Origin: an uncultured delta proteobacterium
Lineage (GTDB): Bacteria > Myxococcota > Myxococcia > Myxococcales > Myxococcaceae
Direction of reading: 5' to 3'
Assembly (NCBI GenBank): GCA_963771175.1
Contig: CAVYSY010000044.1
Coordinates: forward strand, 139,722 to 203,721
DNA: 64,000 bases
Part shown: positions 44,670-55,780 of the stretch, piece after piece
How the letters are laid out: every line of letters begins with the position of its first letter
Numbering within the stretch: position 1 is the stretch's first letter
Notes under the pieces: model-generated
Told to the model about the DNA's origin: nothing
The model's input: only the letters and a program-made list of their open reading frames with translations
Databases searched by the model: none
Translations under genes and position numbers: made by a program

Positions 44670-45623
44670 CTACCAGCACCGAGCGGCGAACGCCGCGAGC
44701 TCGCGGTTGAACCGTCTCGAGTCCTCCCAGAAGGGCGAGTGGCCAACGCCGGGGTAGAGGGAGAGCTGGGCGTCGGGGATGACGGAGGCGATGTGGCGGC
44801 TGGAGTCGGTCCGCATGACGCGGTCCTCCAGGCCATGGGAGACGAGCACGGGGAGGGTGAGGCGGTGCAGCACGTCGTCGTTGTCCACGGAGCGCGAGCA
44901 GAGCGCCTCGCGCACGTGCGGCGGCACGAGCTGGTTGTAGCCGAGCACCGCGCCACGGGTCTCCGGCGACACGGGCCGGTGGTAGAGCAGCGAGACGAAG
45001 GAGTCCAGGGAGGCGCGGCAGGTGGCCTCGTCCTGGGCGAAGAGGCCGGGGATGAGCCCGAGCATCTCGGGGGCGAGCATCCCGAAGGCCTCCTCGGAGC
45101 CGCACTTCACCATGGCGGAGACGAAGTGGATGCCGGACACCTGCTCCTGGCCGTAGTGGCGCAGGTAGTCGGAGATGACGAGGCCGCCGTAGCTCCACCC
45201 CACGAGCAGGGGGCGCTCGAGCTCGAGCCCGGAGATGACGGCCTGCAGGTCCTCGGCCCACAGGTGGCCCTCGGCATACGCGCCGCGGGGCTTGTCCGAG
45301 TACCCATGGCCCCGCAAGTCGAGGGCCACCAGGCGGAAGCCCAGGGCCAGGGCGCTCTGGAACTGGCGCCACCACGCCAGGTGGCACTGGGAGAAGCCGT
45401 GGACGAAGAGAAGCGTGGGCCCGTAGAGGTCGCCCGCGTCGTAGGCGGCCAGTCGGAGGCCACCTCCCCCCTGGAGGGAGTGGACGCGGATGGGCACGGA
45501 CTCGGAGAAGGGGGACTCCCGTCCGGGGTCGCGCATCAGCGAGGGGGACTCCAGGAGGGTGCCCCTCGAAGCCCGCTCCGAGGAAGAAGACGGCTGCACT
45601 GAAGGAGAGTGGGTGTCGTGCAT
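44670..45623 (-). CDS. Alpha/beta fold hydrolase
   Basis: FVHGFS, DLRGHG.S, GWSYGG, GHSPF. Confidence 0.9.
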   Translation of the reverse strand: MHDTHSPSVQPSSSSERASRGTLLESPSLMRDPGRESPFSESVPIRVHSLQGGGGLRLAAYDAGDLYGPTLLFVHGFSQCHLAWWRQFQSALALGFRLVALDLRGHGYSDKPRGAYAEGHLWAEDLQAVISGLELERPLLVGWSYGGLVISDYLRHYGQEQVSGIHFVSAMVKCGSEEAFGMLAPEMLGLIPGLFAQDEATCRASLDSFVSLLYHRPVSPETRGAVLGYNQLVPPHVREALCSRSVDNDDVLHRLTLPVLVSHGLEDRVMRTDSSRHIASVIPDAQLSLYPGVGHSPFWEDSRRFNRELAAFAARCW

Positions 45624-45912
45624 GGAAGGCCCTGGCCCGGGAACGCGCGTCGTCCAGATAGGAGTACGCACTGGGACAATCGGAGGAGAGCCCTCGCTTC
45701 ATTCCGGCCCTCCAGAAGTTCCTGGGAAGACGGGTTTCACGCCCTTCGCCGTCCGCTCGTGAACAGGGGGGCCGTCCGGGGACGAGGAGCCAGCGCCCGC
45801 CTGCACGGCGTGGACCCGGACCGCCCCGGGAGGCGAGGAGCGCGGACATCGTGCCGGGAGGCGGTTAATAGTAAGCCCTCGGAATACACCGCAGGTCTCA
45901 GGAGCCTCGCGC

Positions 45913-47706
45913 ATGAAACGCTTCTTCATCGGTTCGCTCGCGGTCGTGGGCGGGCTGACCCTCCTCTTCGTGGGAGCCATTTTCGGACTGGCCATGCTGG
46001 GAGCGGCGAGCAAGCCGAGCGTCCCCGGCAACGTGGTGCTCGAGCTGGAGGTGGACGAGCCGCTGGCGGAGTACGCGGCGGACGACTCGCTGACGAGCGC
46101 CTTCGGCAAGGAGCCGACGACGGTGCGGGACGTGGTGGACGCGCTGGAGAAGGCGGGGGAGGACGAGCGGGTGAAGGGGCTGGTGGTGCGGCTCAACGGC
46201 ACGCCGGGGAGCTCGGCGGTGGTGCAGGAGGTGCGCGACGCGGTGAAGGCCTTCCGGGCCAAGGGCAAGAAGGCGGTGGCGTACGCGGACACCTTCGGCG
46301 AGGGCGGGGGGGCGACGGGCTCGTACTACCTGGCCTCGGCGTTCGACGAGGTCTACATCCAGCCGTCGGGGGACTTGTCCATCCTGGGGCCGGCGGTGGA
46401 GACGCCGTTCGGGCGGGACGCGCTGGAGAAGCTCGGGGTGAAGCCGAGGATTGGCAAGCGCTACGAGTACAAGAACGCGGTGAACACGTACACGGAGCAG
46501 ACGTACACGCCGGAGCACCGCGAGGCGACGGAGCGCTTCCTGACGAGCCTCTTCGGGCAGATGGTGAAGGGGGTGGCCGAGGGCCGGAAGCTGAGCGAGG
46601 AGCAGGTGAAGGCGGCGGTGGACGCGGCGCCGCTGCTGGGCTCGCAGGCGGTGGAGGCGAAGCTGGTGGACGGGCTGCTGTACCGCGACGAGGTGTACGA
46701 GAAGGTGAAGAAGGACGCGGGCGAGGGGGCTCGGCTGCTCTACCTGCACAAGTACCTGGAGCGAGCGGGGCGGCCGAACGTGAGCGGCGCGTCGACGGTG
46801 GCGCTCATCTACGGGGCGGGAGGGATTGCGCGGGGCGAGAGCCAGACGAACCCGATGTCGGGTGAAGTGACGATGGGCAGCGAGACGGTGGCGGCGGCGT
46901 TCCGCAAGGCGGTGGAGGACGAGCGGGTGAAGGCGATTGTCTTCCGGGTGGACAGCCCTGGGGGCAGCTACGTGGCGAGCGACACGGTGAGGCGCGAGGT
47001 GAAGCGGGCGAGGGAGAAGGGCAAGCCGGTCATCGTGTCGATGGGGACGTACGCGGCGAGCGGCGGCTATTTCGTGGCGATGGACGCGGACAAGATTGTC
47101 GCGCAGCCGGGGACGCTGACGGGGAGCATCGGGGTGTTCGGCGGGAAGCTGGTGACGGCGGACCTGTGGGAGAAGCTGGGGGTGAACTGGGAGCCGCTGG
47201 GGGTGGGGAAGAACGCGACCATGTACAGCACGGACCTGGACTTCACGCCGGAGCAGCTGGCGAAGAACGAGGCCTTCCTGGACCGGGTGTACGAGGACTT
47301 CACGGCGAAGGCGGCGGAGGGGCGCAAGCTGCCGGTGGAGAAGCTGCGCGAGGTGGCGAAGGGGCGGGTGTGGACGGGGGAGGACGCGAAGGAGCGGGGG
47401 CTGGTGGACGAGCTGGGCGGCTTCCCGGTGGCGCTGAAGCTGGCGAAGGAGGCGGCGAAGCTGGAGGGCCCGGTGCGGGTGGAGCTGTTCCCGAAGAAGA
47501 AGGGAGCGGCGGAGGTGCTGGCGGCGCTGCTGGGTGACAAGAAGGAGGACAGCAGCGACCAGGAGGGCGCGGGCGTGCGCGTGGTGATGCCGTGGACGGC
47601 GGTGTTCCAGCAGACGCGAGCGCTGTACCAGCTCGGCGTGAAGCTGGGCGTGGTGAGCGAGCGCCAGCAGGTGCTGTCGGCCCCGGTGCCCGACACCACC
47701 TGGTAG
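45913..47706 (+). CDS. sppA: Signal peptide peptidase SppA (protease IV, long form)
   Basis: YYLAS, RVDSPGGS, SMGTYAASGGY, TGSIGV, GRVWTG. Confidence 0.95.
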   Translation: MKRFFIGSLAVVGGLTLLFVGAIFGLAMLGAASKPSVPGNVVLELEVDEPLAEYAADDSLTSAFGKEPTTVRDVVDALEKAGEDERVKGLVVRLNGTPGSSAVVQEVRDAVKAFRAKGKKAVAYADTFGEGGGATGSYYLASAFDEVYIQPSGDLSILGPAVETPFGRDALEKLGVKPRIGKRYEYKNAVNTYTEQTYTPEHREATERFLTSLFGQMVKGVAEGRKLSEEQVKAAVDAAPLLGSQAVEAKLVDGLLYRDEVYEKVKKDAGEGARLLYLHKYLERAGRPNVSGASTVALIYGAGGIARGESQTNPMSGEVTMGSETVAAAFRKAVEDERVKAIVFRVDSPGGSYVASDTVRREVKRAREKGKPVIVSMGTYAASGGYFVAMDADKIVAQPGTLTGSIGVFGGKLVTADLWEKLGVNWEPLGVGKNATMYSTDLDFTPEQLAKNEAFLDRVYEDFTAKAAEGRKLPVEKLREVAKGRVWTGEDAKERGLVDELGGFPVALKLAKEAAKLEGPVRVELFPKKKGAAEVLAALLGDKKEDSSDQEGAGVRVVMPWTAVFQQTRALYQLGVKLGVVSERQQVLSAPVPDTTW

Positions 47707-47730
47707 CCAGACACCCCGAGCTGTAACCAG

Positions 47731-47777
47731 ACGCCTGGAGGTAGCGGAGAAGCCACTCCGCGGCCTCCAGGCGTTTT
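47731..47777 (+). terminator. Probable intrinsic terminator after sppA
   Basis: ACGCCTGGAGG...CCTCCAGGCGT stem followed by T-run. Confidence 0.6.
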
Positions 47778-48004
47778 GCCGTGGTTCAGAGGAGCTCGGT
47801 GCCTCCGAGCGTCCAGCAGCCAACACGAAGCGCGTCCGATACCCGGACCAACCCGAAGTCCCGTGAAGACAGACAGCTCCTGGCGCCCACCAGGAAGCAC
47901 ATGGCGCGAACGGAGAAGACAGACAGCGGCAGATGCCCTACAGAGGCGCGCGCCAGACCGGGCCCGGGGGGACCGGGGAGTCACGGCACGCGAGGGGGCA
48001 GTCG

Positions 48005-49000
48005 ATGCAGACGAAGAAGCGCCTGGGCGAAATCCTGGTGGAGCTGGGGGCGGTGGACGAGCTGCAGCTCCAGTCCGCGCTGGCGTACCAGCGCAAGTGG
48101 GGCGTGCCGCTGGGGCAGGTGGTGGTGGACCTGCGCTTCTGCTCGGGGGAGCAGGTGCTGGGAGCGCTGGCGCGGCAGACGGGCGTGTCGGCGGTGGCGC
48201 TGGACGCGGAGCTGCTGGACCCGAAGCTGGCGAAGCTGATGCCGAGGCGGCTGGCGGAGCAGCACCGGGTGGTGCCGCTGCGAGTCGAGGGCCCGCGGGA
48301 CATGGTGCTGGTGGTGGCGATCGCCGCGCCGGCGAGCATGCACTCGCTGGACGCGGTGCGGAGCGTGACGGGCAAGCTGCGCGTGGTGCCGAGGCTGGCG
48401 ACGGACGCGGCCATCTCGCGGGCCCTCGAGCGGCTCTACCTCGGAGGAGGGGAGGCACCGAGGCGGCCGGAGGTGGCGGCCATCACGCTGCCCGAGGCGG
48501 ACGTGGACCTGCTGGTGCAGGTGGACTGGCCGGCGCGTCCCATCCTCATTCCGACCCTGGACCTGGAGCAGGAGCCGCTGGAGCTGCCGCTGCTGGAGCC
48601 GCTGGACGTGGCGGAGCTGGCGGGGCTGGTGGAGCTGGACGGGCCCGAGCCGGGCAGGGTGCTCCTCTACGGCTGGGGAGCGGCGGCGTCGGAGGGGCTG
48701 GTGCGCGTGGTGGGCGAGGCGGGCTTCCGGGTGAGCGTGGCGAGCACGGCCGAAGTACTGGCCGCGGACGAGCGCGCGGTGGTGCTGGCGCCGCTGCCCT
48801 CGCTGGAGGCGATGGAGCAGCGGCCTCGGGCGCAGCTCCTGGCGGCGGGCAAGGTGCCCGAGCAGGACGTGGAGCGGGCGCGGGCGCTCGGAGCGCGAGG
48901 CTTCCTGGCGGCGCCGCTGGACACGGACCTGATGCTGCGCGCGGTGCGTCGGCTGCTGCGCGCGGCGGGCCAGGCGCCCCGGCTCCGAGCGGTGGGCTGA
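48005..49000 (+). CDS. MshEN/GspE-N-terminal domain protein without ATPase domain
   Basis: RLGEILVELG...L..AL..Q.....LG motif, LAEQHRVVPL; no Walker A. Confidence 0.8.
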   Translation: MQTKKRLGEILVELGAVDELQLQSALAYQRKWGVPLGQVVVDLRFCSGEQVLGALARQTGVSAVALDAELLDPKLAKLMPRRLAEQHRVVPLRVEGPRDMVLVVAIAAPASMHSLDAVRSVTGKLRVVPRLATDAAISRALERLYLGGGEAPRRPEVAAITLPEADVDLLVQVDWPARPILIPTLDLEQEPLELPLLEPLDVAELAGLVELDGPEPGRVLLYGWGAAASEGLVRVVGEAGFRVSVASTAEVLAADERAVVLAPLPSLEAMEQRPRAQLLAAGKVPEQDVERARALGARGFLAAPLDTDLMLRAVRRLLRAAGQAPRLRAVG

Positions 49001-49021
49001 GGCGCCTCGGGCTTCACGCGC

Positions 49022-49606
49022 TCAGCGCACCACCTCCAGGTGGGGCTCGGTGGGCAGCCACAGCGAGGCGAGCTCCAGCGCGAGCGAGGCGAAGGGCTCG
49101 GCGCGGACCATGGCCTCGCCCTCGTAGGTGTCGACGAGGAGCCAGCCGCGCTTGACGCGCTGGAACACCTCGAGCGTGTGGGCCGAGGGGTCCACGAGCC
49201 ACACGTGGGACACGCCGGCGCGCGCGTAGGCGGGCAGCTTGCGAGTCCTATCCAGCGCCGCGGTGGACGGCGCGAGCACCTCGCACACCCAATCCGGCGC
49301 GAGCGTGAGGAACGGCTCCTCGGGAGTGGGGGCCTCGGAGAGCCGGTCCCGACGCCAGCCGGCGAGGTCCGGCACGAGCACATCCCGGCCGAGCCGCAGC
49401 TCGGGGGCACGCAGGAAGCACCAGCGCCCGGAGCCCCCGCGCCGAGGGTCCAACCGCTCTCCGAGCTCTACTCCCAACATGAAGGCGGCACGGGCCTGAC
49501 CTGGCGCCGGCCGGGGCGAAGCCACCAGCTCCTCGTCGACAATCTCTCCCACCCATCCCATCGGCAGCGCCTCGAGAACCGAGTACGCAGCCTGGCTGTT
49601 GCACAT
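49022..49606 (-). CDS. Uma2 (DUF820) family endonuclease
   Basis: SPRP, PELRL, VPDLAGW, PDWVCEVLAPST, WLVDP. Confidence 0.9.
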   Translation of the reverse strand: MCNSQAAYSVLEALPMGWVGEIVDEELVASPRPAPGQARAAFMLGVELGERLDPRRGGSGRWCFLRAPELRLGRDVLVPDLAGWRRDRLSEAPTPEEPFLTLAPDWVCEVLAPSTAALDRTRKLPAYARAGVSHVWLVDPSAHTLEVFQRVKRGWLLVDTYEGEAMVRAEPFASLALELASLWLPTEPHLEVVR

Positions 49607-49700
49607 CGGAATCACCCTGTCCTCCTACGGCCCTCGTGGGCCGGGCAGGGGAGGCATTCTAGGGAGGGGTCTGACATCTCCCGGGCGACCGGGAGGGTGT

Positions 49701-51032
49701 CTACTTTCCGATGCAGAAGCGCTGGAAGATGGCGTCGAGCAGGGCGTCGGAGGCGGAGGTTCCCGACACCTCCCCCAGGGCCTCGAGCGCGAGTCCCACC
49801 TCGCCGGAGAGGACCTCCAGCGTGGCCACGCGGCAGGCGCTCTCGGCGCGAGCCAGGGCCTCGGAGGCGCGGCGGAGCGCATCGGCATGGCGCTCGGAGA
49901 CGAGCGCGACGGCGGAGGGAGCACCGCCGCCCCACAACCGCGCGAGCAGCAGGGAGCGGAGCTGCTCCACGCCCTCTCCGGTGAGCCCGCTGACGCGCAC
50001 GTCCGCCCCCAAGTTCTCCACAACCCGGACGTCACACTTCCCGGAGACGCGCAGCACGGGAGTGGCCCCGGCCTCGCGAAGCCAGGCCTCCGCCTCGTCC
50101 CCGCCCGCCTCGGGAGGAAGCACGAGCACGGCGAGGTCCACGGCGGCCAACACGTCCCGGGTGCGAGCGATGCCCAGGGCCTCGATGCGGCCAGGAGCCG
50201 CGCGCAGCCCGGCGGTATCGAGCAGGGTGACGCCGAGCCCCTCCCACTCGACGCGGGACTCCAGCACGTCGCGCGTGGTGCCCGGCTCCTCGTCGACGAG
50301 CGCCCGCTCCTCGCCCACGAGCCGGTTGAACAGGGTGGACTTGCCCGCGTTCACCGGCCCGTAGAGGGCCACCCGAGCCCCACGGCGCACGAGCCGTCCC
50401 CGCCCCACCTCGGCCAGCAGGCCCTCGGCGACGGCGCGCAGCTCGGAGACCCGGTGCTCCGCGCCCTCATCCGCGCCCTCGGCCTCCTCGGGGAAGTTGA
50501 GCACGCCCTCCAGGTCGGCATGGAGCGAGCGGAGAGGCTCCTCCAGCGCCCGGACCCGGGCCGACAGCGCTCCGGCGAGCCCGGCGGCGGCGGCCCGGAC
50601 GGCGGCCTCGGAGTCGGCGGCGACGAGGTCCGCGACGGCCTCGGCGCGGGTCAAATCCATCCGGCCGTTGAGGAAGGCGCGCCGGGTGAACTCGCCGGGC
50701 CCGGCGGGGCGCACGGCGGGGTGCTCCAGCGCGCGCGCCAGCAACATGCGCAGGAGCCGGGGGCTGCCATGGGCCTGCAGTTCGACGACGTCCTCGCCGG
50801 TGAAGGACTGGGGCGCGCGGAAGTAGAGGAACAGCCCCTCGTCGAGCACGGCGCCGGCGGCATCGACGAAGGAGGCCAGGTACGCATGCCGGGGCGTGGG
50901 AGAAGCAGGCACGCCGGGAGCGAGCATCCGGCCGACCTCGAGGGAAGCGGGCCCGGAGAGGCGGAGGATGCCCACGGCGCCAGCGGTGGGGGAGGTGGCG
51001 AGCGCGGCGAGCGTGGCGGGAGAGGAGCTCAT
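49701..51032 (-). CDS. mnmE: tRNA modification GTPase MnmE (TrmE)
   Basis: SFTGEDVVE, GEFTRRAFLNG, GPVNAGKST, GTTRD, DTAG, FCIGK C-terminus. Confidence 0.97.
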   Translation of the reverse strand: MSSSPATLAALATSPTAGAVGILRLSGPASLEVGRMLAPGVPASPTPRHAYLASFVDAAGAVLDEGLFLYFRAPQSFTGEDVVELQAHGSPRLLRMLLARALEHPAVRPAGPGEFTRRAFLNGRMDLTRAEAVADLVAADSEAAVRAAAAGLAGALSARVRALEEPLRSLHADLEGVLNFPEEAEGADEGAEHRVSELRAVAEGLLAEVGRGRLVRRGARVALYGPVNAGKSTLFNRLVGEERALVDEEPGTTRDVLESRVEWEGLGVTLLDTAGLRAAPGRIEALGIARTRDVLAAVDLAVLVLPPEAGGDEAEAWLREAGATPVLRVSGKCDVRVVENLGADVRVSGLTGEGVEQLRSLLLARLWGGGAPSAVALVSERHADALRRASEALARAESACRVATLEVLSGEVGLALEALGEVSGTSASDALLDAIFQRFCIGK

Positions 51033-51075
51033 GCGGGGGACGTCATCAGGCCCCCGCGCCCCCGGGAGGACGGAG

Positions 51076-52248
51076 CTACGGACAGGCGGGAGCGGCGGGG
51101 GATTGGAGATTCTCGTTGAAGGAACCGTTGCAGGACACGCTGCCATTGCCCTCGACCTGCCCCCCGCCCCGGAACTGGGAGCTGGCGATGCGGACGACGA
51201 GGCCCGGGGCGCTGCGCACGGACCAGGTGGTGCCGACGAGGGTGGAGCGCAGCACGTCCACGGTATAGGAGCCGCCGTCGGAGCGGGAGACCTCCAGTGC
51301 GAGCGCCTGCCGCCCCCCTGTACCCGAGCCCGAGAGGGTGCCGTCCCGGACGGTGGCCTGGCACGAGCTCAGCCGCAGCCCGATGGAGACCCCGCCCTCG
51401 GAGCCGGAGACCTCGGCCCGCACGAGCTCCACGGTGGAGCCCGCGGCCTCCACGCCCACACTCTCGGACGCACCGCCCAGGCTGGTGGCGAACGAGTCCC
51501 ACAGCCCCAGGGTGCCGCGCTGCACGGAGACGCCGAGCGCCCGCGTCCCTCCCCGCGCCACGGCGGAGGAGCCCGAGAGCGTCACGGTGCAGCCCTCGCA
51601 CGAGAACCCCACGGTATCGCCCTGCGCGGAGGAGGCCACGGCCTGGACGCGCTCGAAACCACCGGGGCCGGGGCCGGCGGAGGAGCGGATGGCGACGGTG
51701 CGCCGCTGTCCGTCCCGGGCGAGGGCCACCACGTCCCGAGCGCGGAACAGGGGCGTCTCGGTGGAGAGCGCCAGGGCCTCCTCGCCTCCGCCCACGTGCT
51801 CCACGGTGAGCGCGCTCAACTCGGTGCGCTCCTCGGCCACGAGGGTGGCGCCCGGGGCGCTGGAGCGCACGGTGGTGAGCGCATGCCCCGAGCCCTGGAT
51901 GTGGATGAATGAGCGCATCCGCAACCCCTGGGCGCCGAGGTCGTACACGCCGGGCTCCAGGAAGAGCAGCCAGGGCTCCTCCGCGGAGACCTTCGCGATG
52001 GACTGGAGCGCGTTGCGGAGGTTCTCGCCGCCGATGAGCGGGTTGTCGCCCGGGGGGACGACGCGGATGCGGGCGAAGTTGCCCGGAGGCCCCGCGGGTC
52101 CAGGGTCTCCCTTGGGACCCGGCTCGCCTCTCGGTCCGACAGTGCCCTCTCCAGCAGCGGGAGGGGGGTCTTCCTTCGTCCCGGGCTCGGGCTCGTCTCC
52201 GCAGGCCGAGACGAGCGTGGTGAGGATGCACACGGTGGAGAAGGACAC
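51076..52248 (-). CDS. Lipoprotein with short collagen-like repeat and beta-helix-like domain
   Basis: VSAC lipobox, GPRGEPGPKGDPGPAGPPG, LEPGVYDLG. Confidence 0.7.
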   Translation of the reverse strand: MSFSTVCILTTLVSACGDEPEPGTKEDPPPAAGEGTVGPRGEPGPKGDPGPAGPPGNFARIRVVPPGDNPLIGGENLRNALQSIAKVSAEEPWLLFLEPGVYDLGAQGLRMRSFIHIQGSGHALTTVRSSAPGATLVAEERTELSALTVEHVGGGEEALALSTETPLFRARDVVALARDGQRRTVAIRSSAGPGPGGFERVQAVASSAQGDTVGFSCEGCTVTLSGSSAVARGGTRALGVSVQRGTLGLWDSFATSLGGASESVGVEAAGSTVELVRAEVSGSEGGVSIGLRLSSCQATVRDGTLSGSGTGGRQALALEVSRSDGGSYTVDVLRSTLVGTTWSVRSAPGLVVRIASSQFRGGGQVEGNGSVSCNGSFNENLQSPAAPACP

Positions 52249-52566
52249 GGCGCCGCATGGTGAGACCCTCCCTATGCCCTGGGGGCACGGCCCACCGGTG
52301 GAGTCACCAGAAGGGACTGGGAGGAACTAGGGGCGACCCCTCCAGGCGTCCAGCCGACGCAGCGGCCCACTCCCGCTGGGAGACGGTGCGAACGTCCACC
52401 AGCGGTGGCCCGGCACGGGAGACTGCCCACCGACCGACAGATGCCCGCGACACCAGGGCACCTGCACCGCGGGGCTAATCCTGGAACGTCGTTTCAGGGG
52501 TGACGAGCAGCACCAGTGCGTCCGCACCGCACACGCCAGCCACGACACCTGAGACCCACCCGCCTC

Positions 52567-52650
52567 CTGGGCGCACTTTTCAGAAACCTGTCCGACTGTC
52601 GGACAGGTTTTTGAAGACCGCGCCCGGCGCCCCCCCCTGCACGGACTTTC
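52567..52650. repeat. Palindromic dispersed repeat, copy 2 (core 52584-52610), inverted relative to copy 1
   Basis: AAACCTGTCCGAC-T-GTCGGACAGGTTT with flanks homologous to 10261-10346. Confidence 0.85.
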
Positions 52651-52660
52651 TTCGGATGGC

Positions 52661-52891
52661 TCAGCTCCGAGGACCCTGCTCGGGAGTGGAGCCGCGAGCG
52701 GCGCGCTCGACGGCGTCGCGGTTCTCCTGGATGTACTTCTCGACGGCGGTGTCCTCGAGCTCGAGGTCCCTCAGCACGCCCGGGTAGACGAACTTGAAGG
52801 CGGGAGACTCCTCGTCCCCGCGCAGCCGGAAGCTCATCTTCAGCACGGCCGCGCCGTAGAGCTTGTCCTTGAGCGACTTGGCCTTGCCCAT
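52661..52891 (-). CDS. Small hypothetical protein
   Basis: Clean ORF MGKAKSLKDKLYGAAVLKMSFRL; AGGAGAAAGG upstream; co-oriented with jag. Confidence 0.7.
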   Translation of the reverse strand: MGKAKSLKDKLYGAAVLKMSFRLRGDEESPAFKFVYPGVLRDLELEDTAVEKYIQENRDAVERAARGSTPEQGPRS

Positions 52892-52924
52892 TGCTTGCCC
52901 TTTCTCCTGGCCGCGAGGGGCCAC

Positions 52925-53723
52925 TCACCCCTCGAGGTCTTCATCCTCGTCATCGTCCGGCAGCATGCTCCGCTTGGGCAGCGGGGCGGGCTTGTCCGGG
53001 GTGAACACCACGCGCCGGTTGCGGCCCTCGCCTTCGCAAGAGACCTTCACGCCGGGGACTCCTTCAACAGCCTTCATGACGCGCGCGCGGTCGTCCTGCT
53101 TTAACGTGACGAGCGCGTAGAAGCGCCCCAGGGAAGCCGACTTCTCGGCCAGCTTGCGGGCGACCTCACGCAGGGCCGCATCCTCGGCGACCTCCAGGGT
53201 GCGCTCGTCCGATTCCCCTCCACGCACCGGAGCCTTCGCCTGCTGCGCCGGTGCCTTGGCCTGCTGGGCCGGGGCCTGCTGACCCCGGGCGGGCTTGGGC
53301 TGCCGCGGCGCCGGGGCGGGCTGGAGCCGGAGCCGGAGCCTGCGCGGGCGCCTGCTGGGTGGGGGGCACGGCCTGGGCGGCGGCCTGCTCCCGCTTCAAC
53401 CGCTCGCCACGGGGCTCCGGGTGCGAGCCAGCACCCAGGAGCACGAAGCGCCGCTCGGCGCCTGGGCGGTGGAGCATCTTGTTGAGGAGGAACTGCAGCG
53501 AGTCCACCACCTGGCTGCGCTTGCCGGAGTCCACGCCCGGGGGCGGCTCGCCCTGGAAGTGGAGGGCGACGGAGAGGCTGCCGTCGCTGGCGTCCTTGAA
53601 GTCGATGCGTGCCGGGAAGCCCATCATCCCGAGGATGTCGGTGAGGAGCGTCTCCACGCGGGCGCGCAGGTCCGCGCCACCCGCGGGAGTCGAAGGAGTC
53701 TCCGGTGCCTGCACGTCGCTCAC
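52925..53723 (-). CDS. jag: Jag/KhpB (EloR)-like RNA-binding protein, frameshifted
   Basis: Position after yidC; DSLQFLLNK KH-like and EGEGRNRRVV R3H-like motifs. Confidence 0.75.
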
Positions 53724-55548
53724 TTGCGTTTGCCTCCCGCGACGGCCGGGGTCGGAGTGGGTCCACCGCCGCCGCCGCGCTTCTCCAACCACTTCCGCAG
53801 CCCGTACTGCTGAGCGATGGAGAGGATGTTGTTGGTGAAGATGTAGAGCGCGAGCCCCGCCGGGTAGTTGAAGAGGGTGGCGGTGAAGATGATGGGCACC
53901 ACCTAGGTCATCATCTTGGCCTGGGTCGGGTCACCCATCTGCGGCTGCAGCTTCTGGGTGATGATCATGCTGACGCCCAGCAGCGATGGGCAGCAGGTAG
54001 GTGGGGTCCTTGTAGGTGAGGTCGCGCCACACCGGGCCGAAGAAGGGCTCCTGGTAGATGTCGTAGCTGTTGCGCAGCGCCGTGAAGAGCGCAATCCAGA
54101 CGGGCATCTGGATGAGCAGGGGCAGGCAGCCGCCGAGCGGGTTCACCTTGGCCTCCTGGTACAGCTTCATCATCTCCGTGTTCTGCCGGTCTCGGTCCTC
54201 CGGCGTACTTCTTGCTGGAGCTCCTCGATGCGCGGCTGGAGCTTCTTCATCTGCCTCCATGCTGACCATGGAGCGGTGGGTGAGGGGCAGCAGGACCAGC
54301 TTCACCAGCACGGTGAGCAGGATGATGGCCACGCCCCAGTTGCTCGTGAGGCCGTGGAAGAACTTCATGATGGTGACCAGCAGCTTGGCGATGACGGCCC
54401 AGATGCCGTAGTCGATCGTCTCGGTGAGCTGCGGGTTGTAGGCGGCGGTGGGATGCCGGCGGCCTCGCGCAGGGCCTGGCCGGGCACGGCGGCCAGCAGG
54501 TCCGGCTCCTTGGGCCCGAGGTAGCCGCCGAAGCGGTACGTCACCGTCTGGCCGGCGGCCACGGTGAGCGGGAAGCTGGCGATGACGGCGCGCGCCTCGG
54601 GGGTGGCCACGAACGAGCAGCGGCCCTGCATCGCGCCCTCCAGCGGGTAGAGCGCCGAGAGGAAGTACTGCTGGTCGATGCCGAAGAAGTGCACCGGGCC
54701 GCGCAGCTCCTCGGCGTCGGGCTGGTCCTGGTCCGGGCCCCAGCTTGTGCTTCTCCTCGCCCACGTGGCACGAGGCGTAGCTGAGGTTGCCCACGCCGCC
54801 GAAGAAGGACGGGGGGTGCTCGGCCTTCGGGTCGATGGCGCGGTTGTAGTGGACCTCCAGCTCACCGGTGAGCGGCTGCGCCGAGGTGTTCTTCACCTGG
54901 AGGGTGTAGACGAGCTCGAAGCCCTCCTTCGGCCACTGCAGCGACCTGGTCACCTCCCACGGCCCCTGGCGCGCGGTGAAGGTGGCGCCGCCCTCGGTGG
55001 CGCCCTCGGCCACGGCGTAGGGGGTGTTGGCCGCCAGGGGAGAGGGGCCGCGTAATGGCCACCGCCAGCGGCAGGGGCTGGCCCGGCACCGGCTGCGCCA
55101 GGTTCATCTGCGGCGGCGGAGGCACCTGCCCACCGAAGAGCAGCTTGTAGCCCTCGGAGACGGAGATCTGCCCCTGCTCGCGCATCTTGTCGCCCTGGAG
55201 CTCGGCCGAGGTGAGGCCCGCGCCCTGGGAGGAGAAGACGTAGTGCGCCTGCTCGCGCCGCGCCTCCACGGTGCGCACCGGGGGCGGCGGGGCCTCGCCG
55301 TTGGCCACCGCGGGGCCGGGCTCGGGAGTCCCCGTGGGGCCCGGCGGGGGAGCGGCGACGGGCGCGGTGCCCGCATCCGCCACGGCGGCCACCTGGCCCG
55401 CGTCCGCGCCCTCGGCGCCCGGCGGCGGCCCCTTGGGTCCGAAGAGGAAGGTGTAGGCGAAGGTGAGCACCATCGCGAGCGCGAGCGCTACCAGCAGTCG
55501 CCGCTGCGAGTCAGGCGATTGGGGCGAGAGCGGATCGAGGTTGTTCAT
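53720..55548 (-). CDS. yidC: Membrane protein insertase YidC, multiple frameshifts
   Basis: FSSQGA, QQYFLSA, GPKE, NWGVAIILLTVLVK, NPLGGCLP.LIQMP, DLT..DP, PAGLALY. Confidence 0.95.
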
Positions 55549-55561
55549 AAGAGGGGGGCGA

Positions 55562-55780
55562 CTACGGCACCGGGTCGATGCCGCCAGGGTGGAAGGGCTG
55601 GCAGCGCAGCAGGCGCCAAAGGATGAGACGTACACCGCGGAGGGCGCCGTGCTTCTGGAGCGCCTCCATGGCGTACACCGAGCAGGTGGGGTGGAAGCGA
55701 CAGGCCGGAGGCAGCAGCGGCGAGATGAAGCGCTTGTAGAACCGGATGGGCAGCGCGAGCAGATAGGCGAGCGGGCTCAT
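55562..55780 (-). CDS. yidD: Membrane protein insertion efficiency factor YidD
   Basis: [18 protein letters not shown]...RC.PF.PGG.DPVP. Confidence 0.95.
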   Translation of the reverse strand: MSPLAYLLALPIRFYKRFISPLLPPACRFHPTCSVYAMEALQKHGALRGVRLILWRLLRCQPFHPGGIDPVP

